From a virus (lineage: Duplodnaviria > Caudoviricetes), in IMG/VR virus record IMGVR_UViG_3300017646_000009, positions 1 through 31,236 of that record: a DNA stretch of 31,236 bases; one strand, given 5' to 3'. Positions 24,244 to 31,236 of the stretch are shown piece by piece (within the stretch, counting starts at the first letter, position 1; every line of letters begins with the position of its first letter). The notes below the pieces were generated by a model. The model made no database searches and was not told where the DNA came from. It worked only from the letters and a program-made list of their open reading frames with translations. The position numbers and the translations under genes were made by a program.

Positions 24244-24363
24244 TGGAAACTCCTGTGATTGGCTGGTTTCAGTGTGAAATCAACCGGCCACTGGCACGGC
24301 TGCGGGAAGATGCGAGCACTGCCCGCGTGGATCGGGCGGCGATGCGCCGCCGAATGACGTTGA

Positions 24364-25140
24364 CTAAGCGGTACCGGCCGCGGCCTTCAGGCGCTGGGCC
24401 TTGGCCGGATCAGCGCGAGCGATTTCGCCCTGCTTGGTCAGATTGAAAGTGTCCTTGGCCCATGGGTTGGCCTCGACGGCGCCGCCACGACCATTATTGC
24501 CCCTGGCGTCCGGGCCGCTGGGCTTGGTCACGTAGTCCTTGCCATCATCAGAGCTGGCCCAGTCGGCCACAAACCGGCCCAGGGCAACAGGGCCCATGTC
24601 GGTTTCGACCACGGCCTTGAATTCACCGTCAGTCTCTTCGAGTTTGATGGCGCCGATGGCCTTCAGATATGGCAGCAGCTTGGCCTTGTGCTTGGGATCG
24701 ACGCTCGCCTCATCCATAGCTTTGGACAAGCCGTCATCAATCGTCACCTTGCCGATCTGGCGCTCAAGGACTGCAATGCGCTCATCCTTCTTGCCGAGCT
24801 CGGCCTGATGCTTGCGCTCCAGCTGCTCGCGGACGCGGGTCACCTGCTCGTCGGTCTTCGGGGGCTCTTTGCCCTCAGCCTGCGCCTTGAGCGCGTCATA
24901 GGCCGAAGCGTCGAAGTCGTCGGGCAAGCCGTCCAGCCGGAGCTTATCGGCCTCGTGCGCGGCGATCAGATCCTTCTTTTCCTGACGCACTCGCTCAAGC
25001 GCACTGCGCAGGGCCTGGGTGTCGGGATGGTCCTTGATGCCATCGATCTGGAGATAGAACTTGCCGTCCTTCTCCGTGTAGTGATCATGCAGACCGGCAT
25101 CGATACTATCGAGGCTGTCCACAACTGCTTTGAGAGCCAC
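24364..25140 (-). CDS. Capsid scaffolding protein
   Basis: MALK...SLD....HY.EKDGKF.L; coiled coil; C-terminal NPW.K..FNLT.QG. Confidence 0.85.
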   Translation of the reverse strand: MALKAVVDSLDSIDAGLHDHYTEKDGKFYLQIDGIKDHPDTQALRSALERVRQEKKDLIAAHEADKLRLDGLPDDFDASAYDALKAQAEGKEPPKTDEQVTRVREQLERKHQAELGKKDERIAVLERQIGKVTIDDGLSKAMDEASVDPKHKAKLLPYLKAIGAIKLEETDGEFKAVVETDMGPVALGRFVADWASSDDGKDYVTKPSGPDARGNNGRGGAVEANPWAKDTFNLTKQGEIARADPAKAQRLKAAAGTA

Positions 25141-25176
25141 TGGCTTTCTCCTTTTTGCCGGTCACAACCGGGCATG

Positions 25177-25196
25177 AAAAAACCGCCATGAGGCGG
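25177..25196 (-). terminator. Intrinsic terminator between portal and scaffold
   Basis: CCGCC-TCAT-GGCGG then TTTTTTCATG. Confidence 0.7.
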
Positions 25197-25204
25197 CGGG
25201 GGTA

Positions 25205-26647
25205 TTACTGCGCCAATTTCGGCTCGGGCCGGTTCGGCAGAATGTCGGGCTGATCATCCTCGCGGAACTGGTCCTGATCCATCAGCGCCAGCTCTTCCTC
25301 GGCGGTCCGATCCTCAGGCACCACACCACCCGCCTTGAGCCGGTCGAATGCGGACTTCCAGGAAATAGCGGCCGACTGCCACGCCGACACGATGGCCGTG
25401 ATGGTCTGGGCGTCCAAGTCGTGGTCGAAAAAGTCCAAGTTCGGCGTGACCTTGACCTTCTCCGGGTCTGCGCCAATCCAGACCGCGACGTTGCGCAGCG
25501 CCTTTTCCAACCCAGAGGCCGAAGTCATGGCGATACCCTTGAGCGTGCTGTGCTGGGAATCCAGCCGGACGCGCTTCGCCTCGCCGCTTTCGTTTGCGTT
25601 GCCCTTTTCGGCCAGCATCTGGGCGCCGAACATCACGGCGCGGTCATAGGCCTTCTGGATTTCGTCGTGCTGGGCAGACGCGCCGGCACCGGAGAACTCC
25701 AGGAACTCGCCTTTGCCGTCCTTGGGCAGAACCCAGATGTTTGTGCCACCGATGCCTTGGGGCACCTTCCCTGTCTTGATCGCGTCCAGAGGGTCGTCAT
25801 AGCCCGACACCATCGGCGTGGGCTCGGACGTGTAATGCAGCGTCTGCCGCAGATCGGCGTCGAGCTGGTAGATGCGCACCGCCAGCTTGGCGAGGCCATA
25901 GAGCGGCACATCGTCCGGCTCTGGGGTCAGGTCGCTCGATCCGATAAACACCAGCGGCAGAAAGTCGATGGGCCGCTGCTTGCGATCCGACGCCTCGACA
26001 ACCTCGCCGGCTTCCCAGGACTTTTCGCCCCTGGTCCAAACGCGGGCGCCGTAGCGTCCGTCCTCGACAAAGCACTCGCGGTATTTCTCGACCGACTTCC
26101 ACTCATTGGTCTGGCAGTCGCGGACATAGCCGCTTTCATCCAGCACCACGAAATCAGCAACGTTCTCTTCGTCCTGATCCCAGTTAATGATGCTCTCGGC
26201 AACATAGCCGGCCAGATAGGGCGAACCATCGGACGCAATGCCGGGCAGAAGCCCATAGCGGCCGGTCAGCATGACCTCGGTTGCGATCCGCCGGTGCAGC
26301 GCCTCCAGTGTCAGCCCGTCGCGCGTGGCCCTCTCGCGCAGCGGCTCCAATTCGGGCGGCAGTTCGATTTCGGCCGCCTGGTCGAGGATGGTTCCGACCG
26401 CGCCCCGGACGGTGAGCGCCACGAGGTCAGGGAATTCAGCCCTCGCCTTGTATGCGTCATATGCAGCCTGGGCCAAAGCCCGGTGCGATGCGCTCTCCAT
26501 GAGCTTCGCAAGGCCGTTCTTGAGGGGCAGGTATTTCTGCCCGGCCCGCTTTATATCTTCTTCACCCTCAAAGGCGTTGCGAAGCAATTCCCACGAGGGC
26601 GCAAAAGCGTCGTATTCGGGATGCCGGACTGTGATGTCGAACGTCAT
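25205..26647 (-). CDS. Portal protein (DUF4055 / SPP1-like)
   Basis: HPEY, KYLP, Y..YK.RA, GR.GLL, AESIINW, ESGEAKR motifs; follows terL. Confidence 0.9.
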   Translation of the reverse strand: MTFDITVRHPEYDAFAPSWELLRNAFEGEEDIKRAGQKYLPLKNGLAKLMESASHRALAQAAYDAYKARAEFPDLVALTVRGAVGTILDQAAEIELPPELEPLRERATRDGLTLEALHRRIATEVMLTGRYGLLPGIASDGSPYLAGYVAESIINWDQDEENVADFVVLDESGYVRDCQTNEWKSVEKYRECFVEDGRYGARVWTRGEKSWEAGEVVEASDRKQRPIDFLPLVFIGSSDLTPEPDDVPLYGLAKLAVRIYQLDADLRQTLHYTSEPTPMVSGYDDPLDAIKTGKVPQGIGGTNIWVLPKDGKGEFLEFSGAGASAQHDEIQKAYDRAVMFGAQMLAEKGNANESGEAKRVRLDSQHSTLKGIAMTSASGLEKALRNVAVWIGADPEKVKVTPNLDFFDHDLDAQTITAIVSAWQSAAISWKSAFDRLKAGGVVPEDRTAEEELALMDQDQFREDDQPDILPNRPEPKLAQ

Positions 26648-28002
26648 TACAGGAACCCCGTGAATACGGTTGAAGACGCCGGCCCCTGCTGGGTATTTAG
26701 CATCAATTCAGTCAACGCCCAGACCAGCGCGTCGGCCCGGTCGGGAGAGCCCTCGCCCACGTAGCCAGAGGCAGTGAAATTGACCATCTGGTCCTCAAGA
26801 TCGGGGAAGTGGCCGACATGATGAACGCGGCCCTGCTCGTAAAGTGCAGAAACCGGCTCGGCGCGAACCGCCTTGCCGCGACTGGCCACCACTTCCTTGA
26901 AGGCCGCTGTCTTGTCCGCGGTCGCAACGGTGAACCGCACCATGTCGCCGCCGAAGTTGCGTTCCGCCACGATCCGGTCGGCACCATGTCGGTGGAACAG
27001 ATCAACGGCCCGCCTACCCCAGCCTTCCGGAGACAGCTGGCAAGTGCCGTCTTCGAGAACATAGCCGTGGCCATCAATACCGAGGCCGGCCACCACAATG
27101 CCAATATCGTCCCCTGCCCCGTCGCCGCGCGTACCAGACGGGTCAACCGCCACGACGATCCGAACAAGGTCGGGGATTTGGTCCTTGGTGACCCGCAGCC
27201 CGTCAATGCCCGGCATTGTCTTGCCATCGGGCGCCAGCCGATCCTCAAGGGACCACAGCGCGCCGCTGACCTCGCTTGCCCATTCCCCAGCCTCGAAGCG
27301 CAGCCGCTTAGCCGCCGACATCGAGGCGAGAACGTCGAAATACTCGGGCGGCAGGTTCTCCGAATTGTCGGTCGGATTGACCCGCATCTCGGCATAGTCG
27401 GCGGGGTTGGGCAGCGCCTCTTTCGTGCCCGGCTTTACCCCTGCTCGGAATAACTGGTAGCTCCAATGGAGCTTTGAAGGCGGGTTGCAGTCAAAATAAG
27501 CCTTGAGCGCAAGGAATTGCCGGCCCGTCGCCGCCGCTATCTCAGCGGCCAATTCAACCTTCTGCGCCAGGCGGGACATCGCTGTTTCGACCGACGCCCA
27601 CGGTATCTGGCTGCTCTCGTTGAAATAGAGCGTGGCGTATTCTTGCCCGAGGATCTTCTCGACCCGCTCCTTGTCGTCCAGGCCGGCGATCCAGATTTGC
27701 GACCCGTTCGGCAGCTCGACATAGAAATCGGTCTTGTCGAACCGGACCCGCAGGCTAGGAAAGCAGAGCTTGAGCACCTTGGGCAGCGTGTCCGACCAAA
27801 CCGATGTCTTGGCGTGGTTGAACCGGAAGCGAAAGATGACGTGGCGCGAGCCCGGCGCATTGATCGCCCGTTGGATTAGCGCCCGCACCAGCAGGAAGGT
27901 CTTCCCCGACCGCGAGCCGCCGCGCAGCATGATGTTGCGGGCCGGGCCGCCCAGCAGGCGGTTAGCCTCCCGTTGCTTCTCCGTCAGTCGAGCAATGGCC
28001 AT
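26647..28002 (-). CDS. terL: Terminase large subunit
   Basis: Walker A GGSRSGKT, YFNE, DCNP, VAVDPS, C-terminal SPDRADALVWA. Confidence 0.95.
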   Translation of the reverse strand: MAIARLTEKQREANRLLGGPARNIMLRGGSRSGKTFLLVRALIQRAINAPGSRHVIFRFRFNHAKTSVWSDTLPKVLKLCFPSLRVRFDKTDFYVELPNGSQIWIAGLDDKERVEKILGQEYATLYFNESSQIPWASVETAMSRLAQKVELAAEIAAATGRQFLALKAYFDCNPPSKLHWSYQLFRAGVKPGTKEALPNPADYAEMRVNPTDNSENLPPEYFDVLASMSAAKRLRFEAGEWASEVSGALWSLEDRLAPDGKTMPGIDGLRVTKDQIPDLVRIVVAVDPSGTRGDGAGDDIGIVVAGLGIDGHGYVLEDGTCQLSPEGWGRRAVDLFHRHGADRIVAERNFGGDMVRFTVATADKTAAFKEVVASRGKAVRAEPVSALYEQGRVHHVGHFPDLEDQMVNFTASGYVGEGSPDRADALVWALTELMLNTQQGPASSTVFTGFL

Positions 28003-28005
28003 GGG

Positions 28006-28380
28006 TCACAGATCAGCGTCCTCTGGCAGCACGTTGAGATTGATCGAGCCAGTGTGGTCATGCTTTTCAACGATCAGGCCGAGCACCTTTGCTTTGCCCA
28101 TAGTGGCGGAGACAGCAGCAGCGGCGGCACCATTCTCGCGGGCGAACATCCTGTCTTCATCGAGCTGTCGGGCAATGTCCTCAACGGTCAGGACGGCACG
28201 CTCGGCGGCCTCGCCCTGAAGTTCAGCGACACGAGCGACGATGTTCACATTTGTTGACAAGCGCGATGCAGCTGAGCGGCTGTCTTTGTACCCGGCAGCG
28301 ATATAGGCCTCAGAGGCGCTATTGCCCTTGGCGAGTGCTTGCGCGAAGCTCTCATGTCTGGGGTTTGGGAGGATGGGCAT
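28006..28380 (-). CDS. terS: Terminase small subunit
   Basis: MPILPNPRHESFAQALAKG.SASEAYIAAGY...AASRL HTH; directly upstream of terL. Confidence 0.88.
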   Translation of the reverse strand: MPILPNPRHESFAQALAKGNSASEAYIAAGYKDSRSAASRLSTNVNIVARVAELQGEAAERAVLTVEDIARQLDEDRMFARENGAAAAAVSATMGKAKVLGLIVEKHDHTGSINLNVLPEDADL

Positions 28381-28588
28381 GGCTACCAGAGATGTACACC
28401 GTGAGATTCGTTGGCTTGAAAACGCAATCTCCGAGACGCGAAAGCGTATCGGTTGGAATGCCGAGCATCGGTGGCACGAAGTGGCCAACGGTGACTGGGT
28501 TGACGTCACAGACGAACGGAACGCCGCGCTCGAAGTCGAAATTCGCAAGTGCGAGATCATGCTGGAGCACAATCGCTCCAAGCTCTAA
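28379..28588 (+). CDS. Small helical protein starting back-to-back with terS
   Basis: GGGAGG SD at 28367-72, ATG 28379; MATRDVHREIRWLENAISETRKR... Confidence 0.55.
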   Translation: MATRDVHREIRWLENAISETRKRIGWNAEHRWHEVANGDWVDVTDERNAALEVEIRKCEIMLEHNRSKL

Positions 28589-28603
28589 CTGTCCGCGCAT
28601 ACG

Positions 28604-28627
28604 AAAGCCCCGCTAGATCACGGGGCT
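28604..28627 (-). terminator. Intrinsic terminator between convergent genes
   Basis: AGCCCCG/CGGGGCT stem with short T run on - strand. Confidence 0.6.
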
Positions 28628-28629
28628 GG

Positions 28630-28920
28630 TTACCCGAACGTTCTTGGGACCCGTAGCCGCACAGGACTGACTGAGGACCGCCTGCGGCGCTCTACCGCCT
28701 TATAGGTCCTGATTAGGCCGCGAACCTTTTTTACTACCCCGATGCCGAGCCCCGGAAGTTTCAGAAGCTCAGCCCCCGTTCGGAGATCGATTTCGCCCAG
28801 GGTTTTAAGCCCGGCGAGCTGCAAGCGTTTGCCCGTCCCATCGGCTGTACGCAGATCGATTACGGATATGCCCTGCCAATTGCCGATTCCGCGAAGCCAT
28901 GCTCGATAAGTATCTGCCAT
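28630..28920 (-). CDS. Basic helix-hairpin-helix protein (RNA polymerase alpha-CTD-like)
   Basis: RLQLAGLKTLGEI...AELLKLPGLGIGVVKKV pattern. Confidence 0.65.
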   Translation of the reverse strand: MADTYRAWLRGIGNWQGISVIDLRTADGTGKRLQLAGLKTLGEIDLRTGAELLKLPGLGIGVVKKVRGLIRTYKAVERRRRSSVSPVRLRVPRTFG

Positions 28921-29038
28921 AGGTGGTTCTATCGTCTGCTGCGGCACATCGCCAGTAACCTTGGCACAGAGGTTTCCCCAGCCCGTCACGCCCGGGCGCA
29001 TCGGCACCGCTTACGATGTCGCTGGGAGTTCCAGGCAC

Positions 29039-29065
29039 AAAAAAGGCCGCCACTGAGGCGACCTT
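29039..29065 (-). terminator. cspA terminator
   Basis: AAGGTCGCC-TCAGT-GGCGGCCTT then TTTT. Confidence 0.75.
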
Positions 29066-29091
29066 CTAAATTCGCGGCATAGCGCCGAAGC

Positions 29092-29304
29092 TTACTGAGC
29101 CATGCTCAGATTGACAGCAGACTCGCGTCCGTCGCGGCCGGTTTCGACCTCGTATGACACCTTGTCGTTCTCGTAGAGGCTATCGAGGCCCCCGCTCTGA
29201 ACGGCAGAGATATGGACGAAGTGGTCGCTGCCACCAGTGTCAGGGGTAATGAATCCAAAACCCTTGGTAGCATTGAAGAATTTTACGGTGCCTTTGATGG
29301 CCAT
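29092..29304 (-). CDS. cspA: Cold-shock protein
   Basis: GTVKFFN..KGFGFI (RNP1), FVHISA (RNP2); TAAGGA SD. Confidence 0.95.
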   Translation of the reverse strand: MAIKGTVKFFNATKGFGFITPDTGGSDHFVHISAVQSGGLDSLYENDKVSYEVETGRDGRESAVNLSMAQ

Positions 29305-29629
29305 GGTATTTCCTTAGGCTCGGACGTGGTGCGAACGAGCATTGGCGCCAGTGAAATACCGGCGCTCCAGACGTTCACATTGCGAATTTCGAGAGCCGAA
29401 GACCGGAAAGACCGGCAACAGGCAGCCGACGTAGACTGAAAACGTGTAATGGCCTTATGACGGAAGATAGTGCTCAAAGCAAGGCGTCAATTCATTTTGG
29501 CTTTTACTTGCTGACCAGCGGCTTGATGGTCTTGAGGCGGGCCATGGCATTGCCTTTAAGCTACGCCTCGGCGAAGCTCCCGAACCGTCGGATAGAAACT
29601 GACGCAAGACAGTGAGCAGAGGAAAACGG

Positions 29630-29854
29630 ATGTCGCGCTTCGAGCTATCCATGACGGAATCCGGTCGAGACCGGACCACTATCTCATTCGACGATTCCAG
29701 AAGCCTGGCCGAGATCGTGATCGCTGTGCGCTCGGACGGCGCGCTGACCATAACCGGTGACTGGACGATCGTTGAAACAGGACAGAACCCCAAGAGGCGG
29801 AGCGGGGACTTTGTCGTCTTCGCCCCCCACATCGTCAGTATCAATCCTGAGTAA
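29630..29854 (+). CDS. Small hypothetical protein
   Basis: AGAGGA SD; beta-rich 74 aa. Confidence 0.55.
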   Translation: MSRFELSMTESGRDRTTISFDDSRSLAEIVIAVRSDGALTITGDWTIVETGQNPKRRSGDFVVFAPHIVSINPE

Positions 29855-29874
29855 TGCACCTCTACACCACCATG

Positions 29875-29902
29875 AAAATGCCCCGCGGCGAACCAGCGGG
29901 GC
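29875..29902 (-). terminator. Hairpin / terminator
   Basis: GCCCCGC/GCGGGGC stem, ATTTTCATG tail on - strand. Confidence 0.55.
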
Positions 29903-29969
29903 GGTGATCGACTTATCCATTTAGGCCCCCGCAGAACGCGGCCGGTCAGCGTGGATAAGGAGACGGGGC

Positions 29970-30233
29970 GTGACAGTTGATGAAGTTGAAAAAGCGGTGT
30001 TTGCCCTTGAGCACGTGAGGATCGTATTCCGTTGCCCGGCCCGCACAATTATCGGGGATTTTGCCCACCAAAAGCCAGCGGATGGGAAATACTCAATCTC
30101 CCAGTGGAAAGCTCAGCGTTTGACCCCAATCGCACATGGCAACGACATCGTCGCGATAAACGGCCGCGGGGAAGTCGTCCACGGGCTCACCCGTATGGAA
30201 AACCTCCGCAGCACTTACGCGCCGCGAAACTGA
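29970..30233 (+). CDS. Small hypothetical protein (87 aa)
   Basis: TAAGGAG SD before GTG; protein-like composition. Confidence 0.7.
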   Translation: MTVDEVEKAVFALEHVRIVFRCPARTIIGDFAHQKPADGKYSISQWKAQRLTPIAHGNDIVAINGRGEVVHGLTRMENLRSTYAPRN

Positions 30234-30325
30234 GTTTCCGGCGTGTGCGGGCGACACTTTCTCGCCAAGGTTTTTGGCGCCCCTGTCGTCTCACCTTTGT
30301 CCATCAACGAAAAGGAGTGACGACA

Positions 30326-30490
30326 ATGAAGAAAATCCTTACAGCCGCCGCGGTTGCCGGTGCTCTCTCATTGGCTGCGATTGCACCAGCGCAGGCAGCG
30401 AGGGATGGCGAGACCGGTTACGCCGTTGGCTGCATGATTTTGTGGCACGTGTTTGGCATGTGGGACCTGTGCCAGGAAATTCAAACCTAA
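30326..30490 (+). CDS. Small secreted peptide (signal peptide + ~30-aa mature peptide with 2 Cys)
   Basis: AAAGGAG SD; MKKILTAAAVAGALSLAAIAPAQA/ARDGETGYAVGCMILWHVFGMWDLCQEIQT. Confidence 0.75.
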   Translation: MKKILTAAAVAGALSLAAIAPAQAARDGETGYAVGCMILWHVFGMWDLCQEIQT

Positions 30491-30658
30491 CGATCAGATG
30501 AATTTGGCTCGCCTCGATCAGCGGGGCGAGCCGCCAACTCCGCACCGAGTGAGCCCACCTCAAACTCGGAATCAAAGGCCTATGGCGAGCCACGGTGACC
30601 TGAGCCCCTAGATCTCCTCCAGATTTTGGTAGAGTCCGCCGCAACAGAGGGCGGACGC

Positions 30659-30925
30659 ATGAAGCGCAGCAGGTTCAACGAAGAGCAGATCATCGCGATA
30701 TTGAAGGAGCAGGAGGCCGGGCTGGGGACGACGGACCTATGTCGCAAGCACGGCATCAGCAGCGCGACCTTCTACAAGTGGAAGGCCAAGTATGGCGGCC
30801 TGGAGGTGTCGGACGCCCGTCGGCTGAAGACGCTGGAGGACGAGAACACCCGGCTCAAGAAGCTTCTGGCCGAGGCGATGCTGGATAATGCCATCCTCAA
30901 GGATGTCGCAGCAAAAAAATGGTGA
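30659..30925 (+). CDS. IS3 transposase OrfA
   Basis: MKRSRFNEEQII.ILKEQEAG...LCRKHGIS.ATFYKWKAKYGG HTH. Confidence 0.93.
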   Translation: MKRSRFNEEQIIAILKEQEAGLGTTDLCRKHGISSATFYKWKAKYGGLEVSDARRLKTLEDENTRLKKLLAEAMLDNAILKDVAAKKW

Positions 30926-31236
30926 CGCCCGACGCAAAGCGGGATGCGGTGGCTCATGCCTGCCTGGTGCATGGGGTGAGCCAGCGGCGGGCGTGTGAAG
31001 CTTTGGCTGTGGATCGATCGAGCGTGCGGTATCGCAGTCTCCGGCCGGATGATCGTGAGCTGCGAGAGGCGATGAAGACCGTTGCCGCCCAGCGGCGCCG
31101 GTTCGGATATCGTCGTATCCATGTGATGCTGCAGCGACAGGGCATCGAGATGAACATCAAGAAGCTCAGGCGACTTTATGCCGAGGAGAAGCTGCAGGTG
31201 CGCAAGCGCGGCGGCCGTAAACGTGCCTTGGGAACA
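30913..31236 (+). CDS. IS3 transposase OrfB (partial), joined by -1 frameshift at A7 (30913-30919)
   Basis: -1 frame reads MVTPDAKRDAVAH...VSQRRAC...RSSVRY...RRRFGYRRIH. Confidence 0.9.

Larger units (their letters stand above)
30596..31236 (+). mobile_element. IS3-family (IS407-group-like) insertion sequence, truncated by window edge
   Basis: Left end TGACCTGAGCCCCTAG...CCTCCAGATTTTGGTAGAGTCC; OrfA/OrfB with A7 frameshift. Confidence 0.9.

Noticed and set aside
23038-26764. Long + strand ORFs 23038-24258 and 25421-26764
   Set aside because: Shadows of major capsid and portal genes
28381-28581. 67-aa N-terminal extension of terS in the ORF track
   Set aside because: Recognisable TerS sequence starts at MPILPNPRHE; the extension is the antisense of the + strand ORF
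30032-30325. N-terminal extension of the 30032-30490 ORF
   Set aside because: Overlaps the 29970-30233 gene; strong SD and signal peptide place the start at 30326
30505-30592. tRNA-like element ending in CCA on the - strand
   Set aside because: No D-arm, anticodon arm or TTC T-loop signatures
1-31236. Integrase, att sites, repressor or replication genes
   Set aside because: None recognisable in this window; prophage boundaries cannot be fixed here

Overview
Most of this window is the late (structural and lysis) half of a siphovirus-type temperate prophage in a high-GC alphaproteobacterium. The host is inferred from an alpha-type LexA box, an EcfG-type promoter and the CspA sequence. The late operon runs on the - strand from 28380 to 1933: terS, terL, portal, scaffold, major capsid, head-tail connectors, tail tube, tail chaperones with a -1 frameshift, tape measure, tail-tip proteins, a 1476-aa modular tail fibre, endolysin and three membrane/lysis genes. 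The left end has a LexA box next to an SRAP (YedK)-hypothetical-YdeI/OmdA cluster. The right end has small accessory genes (including cspA) and the start of an IS3 element. Several morons interrupt the operon. The best leads are: (1) an unannotated, highly structured ~290-nt + strand RNA candidate (4140-4432) with an exact general-stress (EcfG/sigmaT) promoter, CUCC anti-SD loops and its own terminator, flanked by a duplicated terminator/leader just upstream of the endolysin; (2) a DUF4747-like + multi-TM two-gene cassette, a candidate anti-phage system; (3) antisense morons abutting start codons of late genes, one sharing a CATG with terS; (4) a pseudoknot leader before the tail chaperone; (5) low-GC exchangeable carbohydrate-binding modules in the tail fibre. 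All family assignments come from motif recognition by eye, not database searches.
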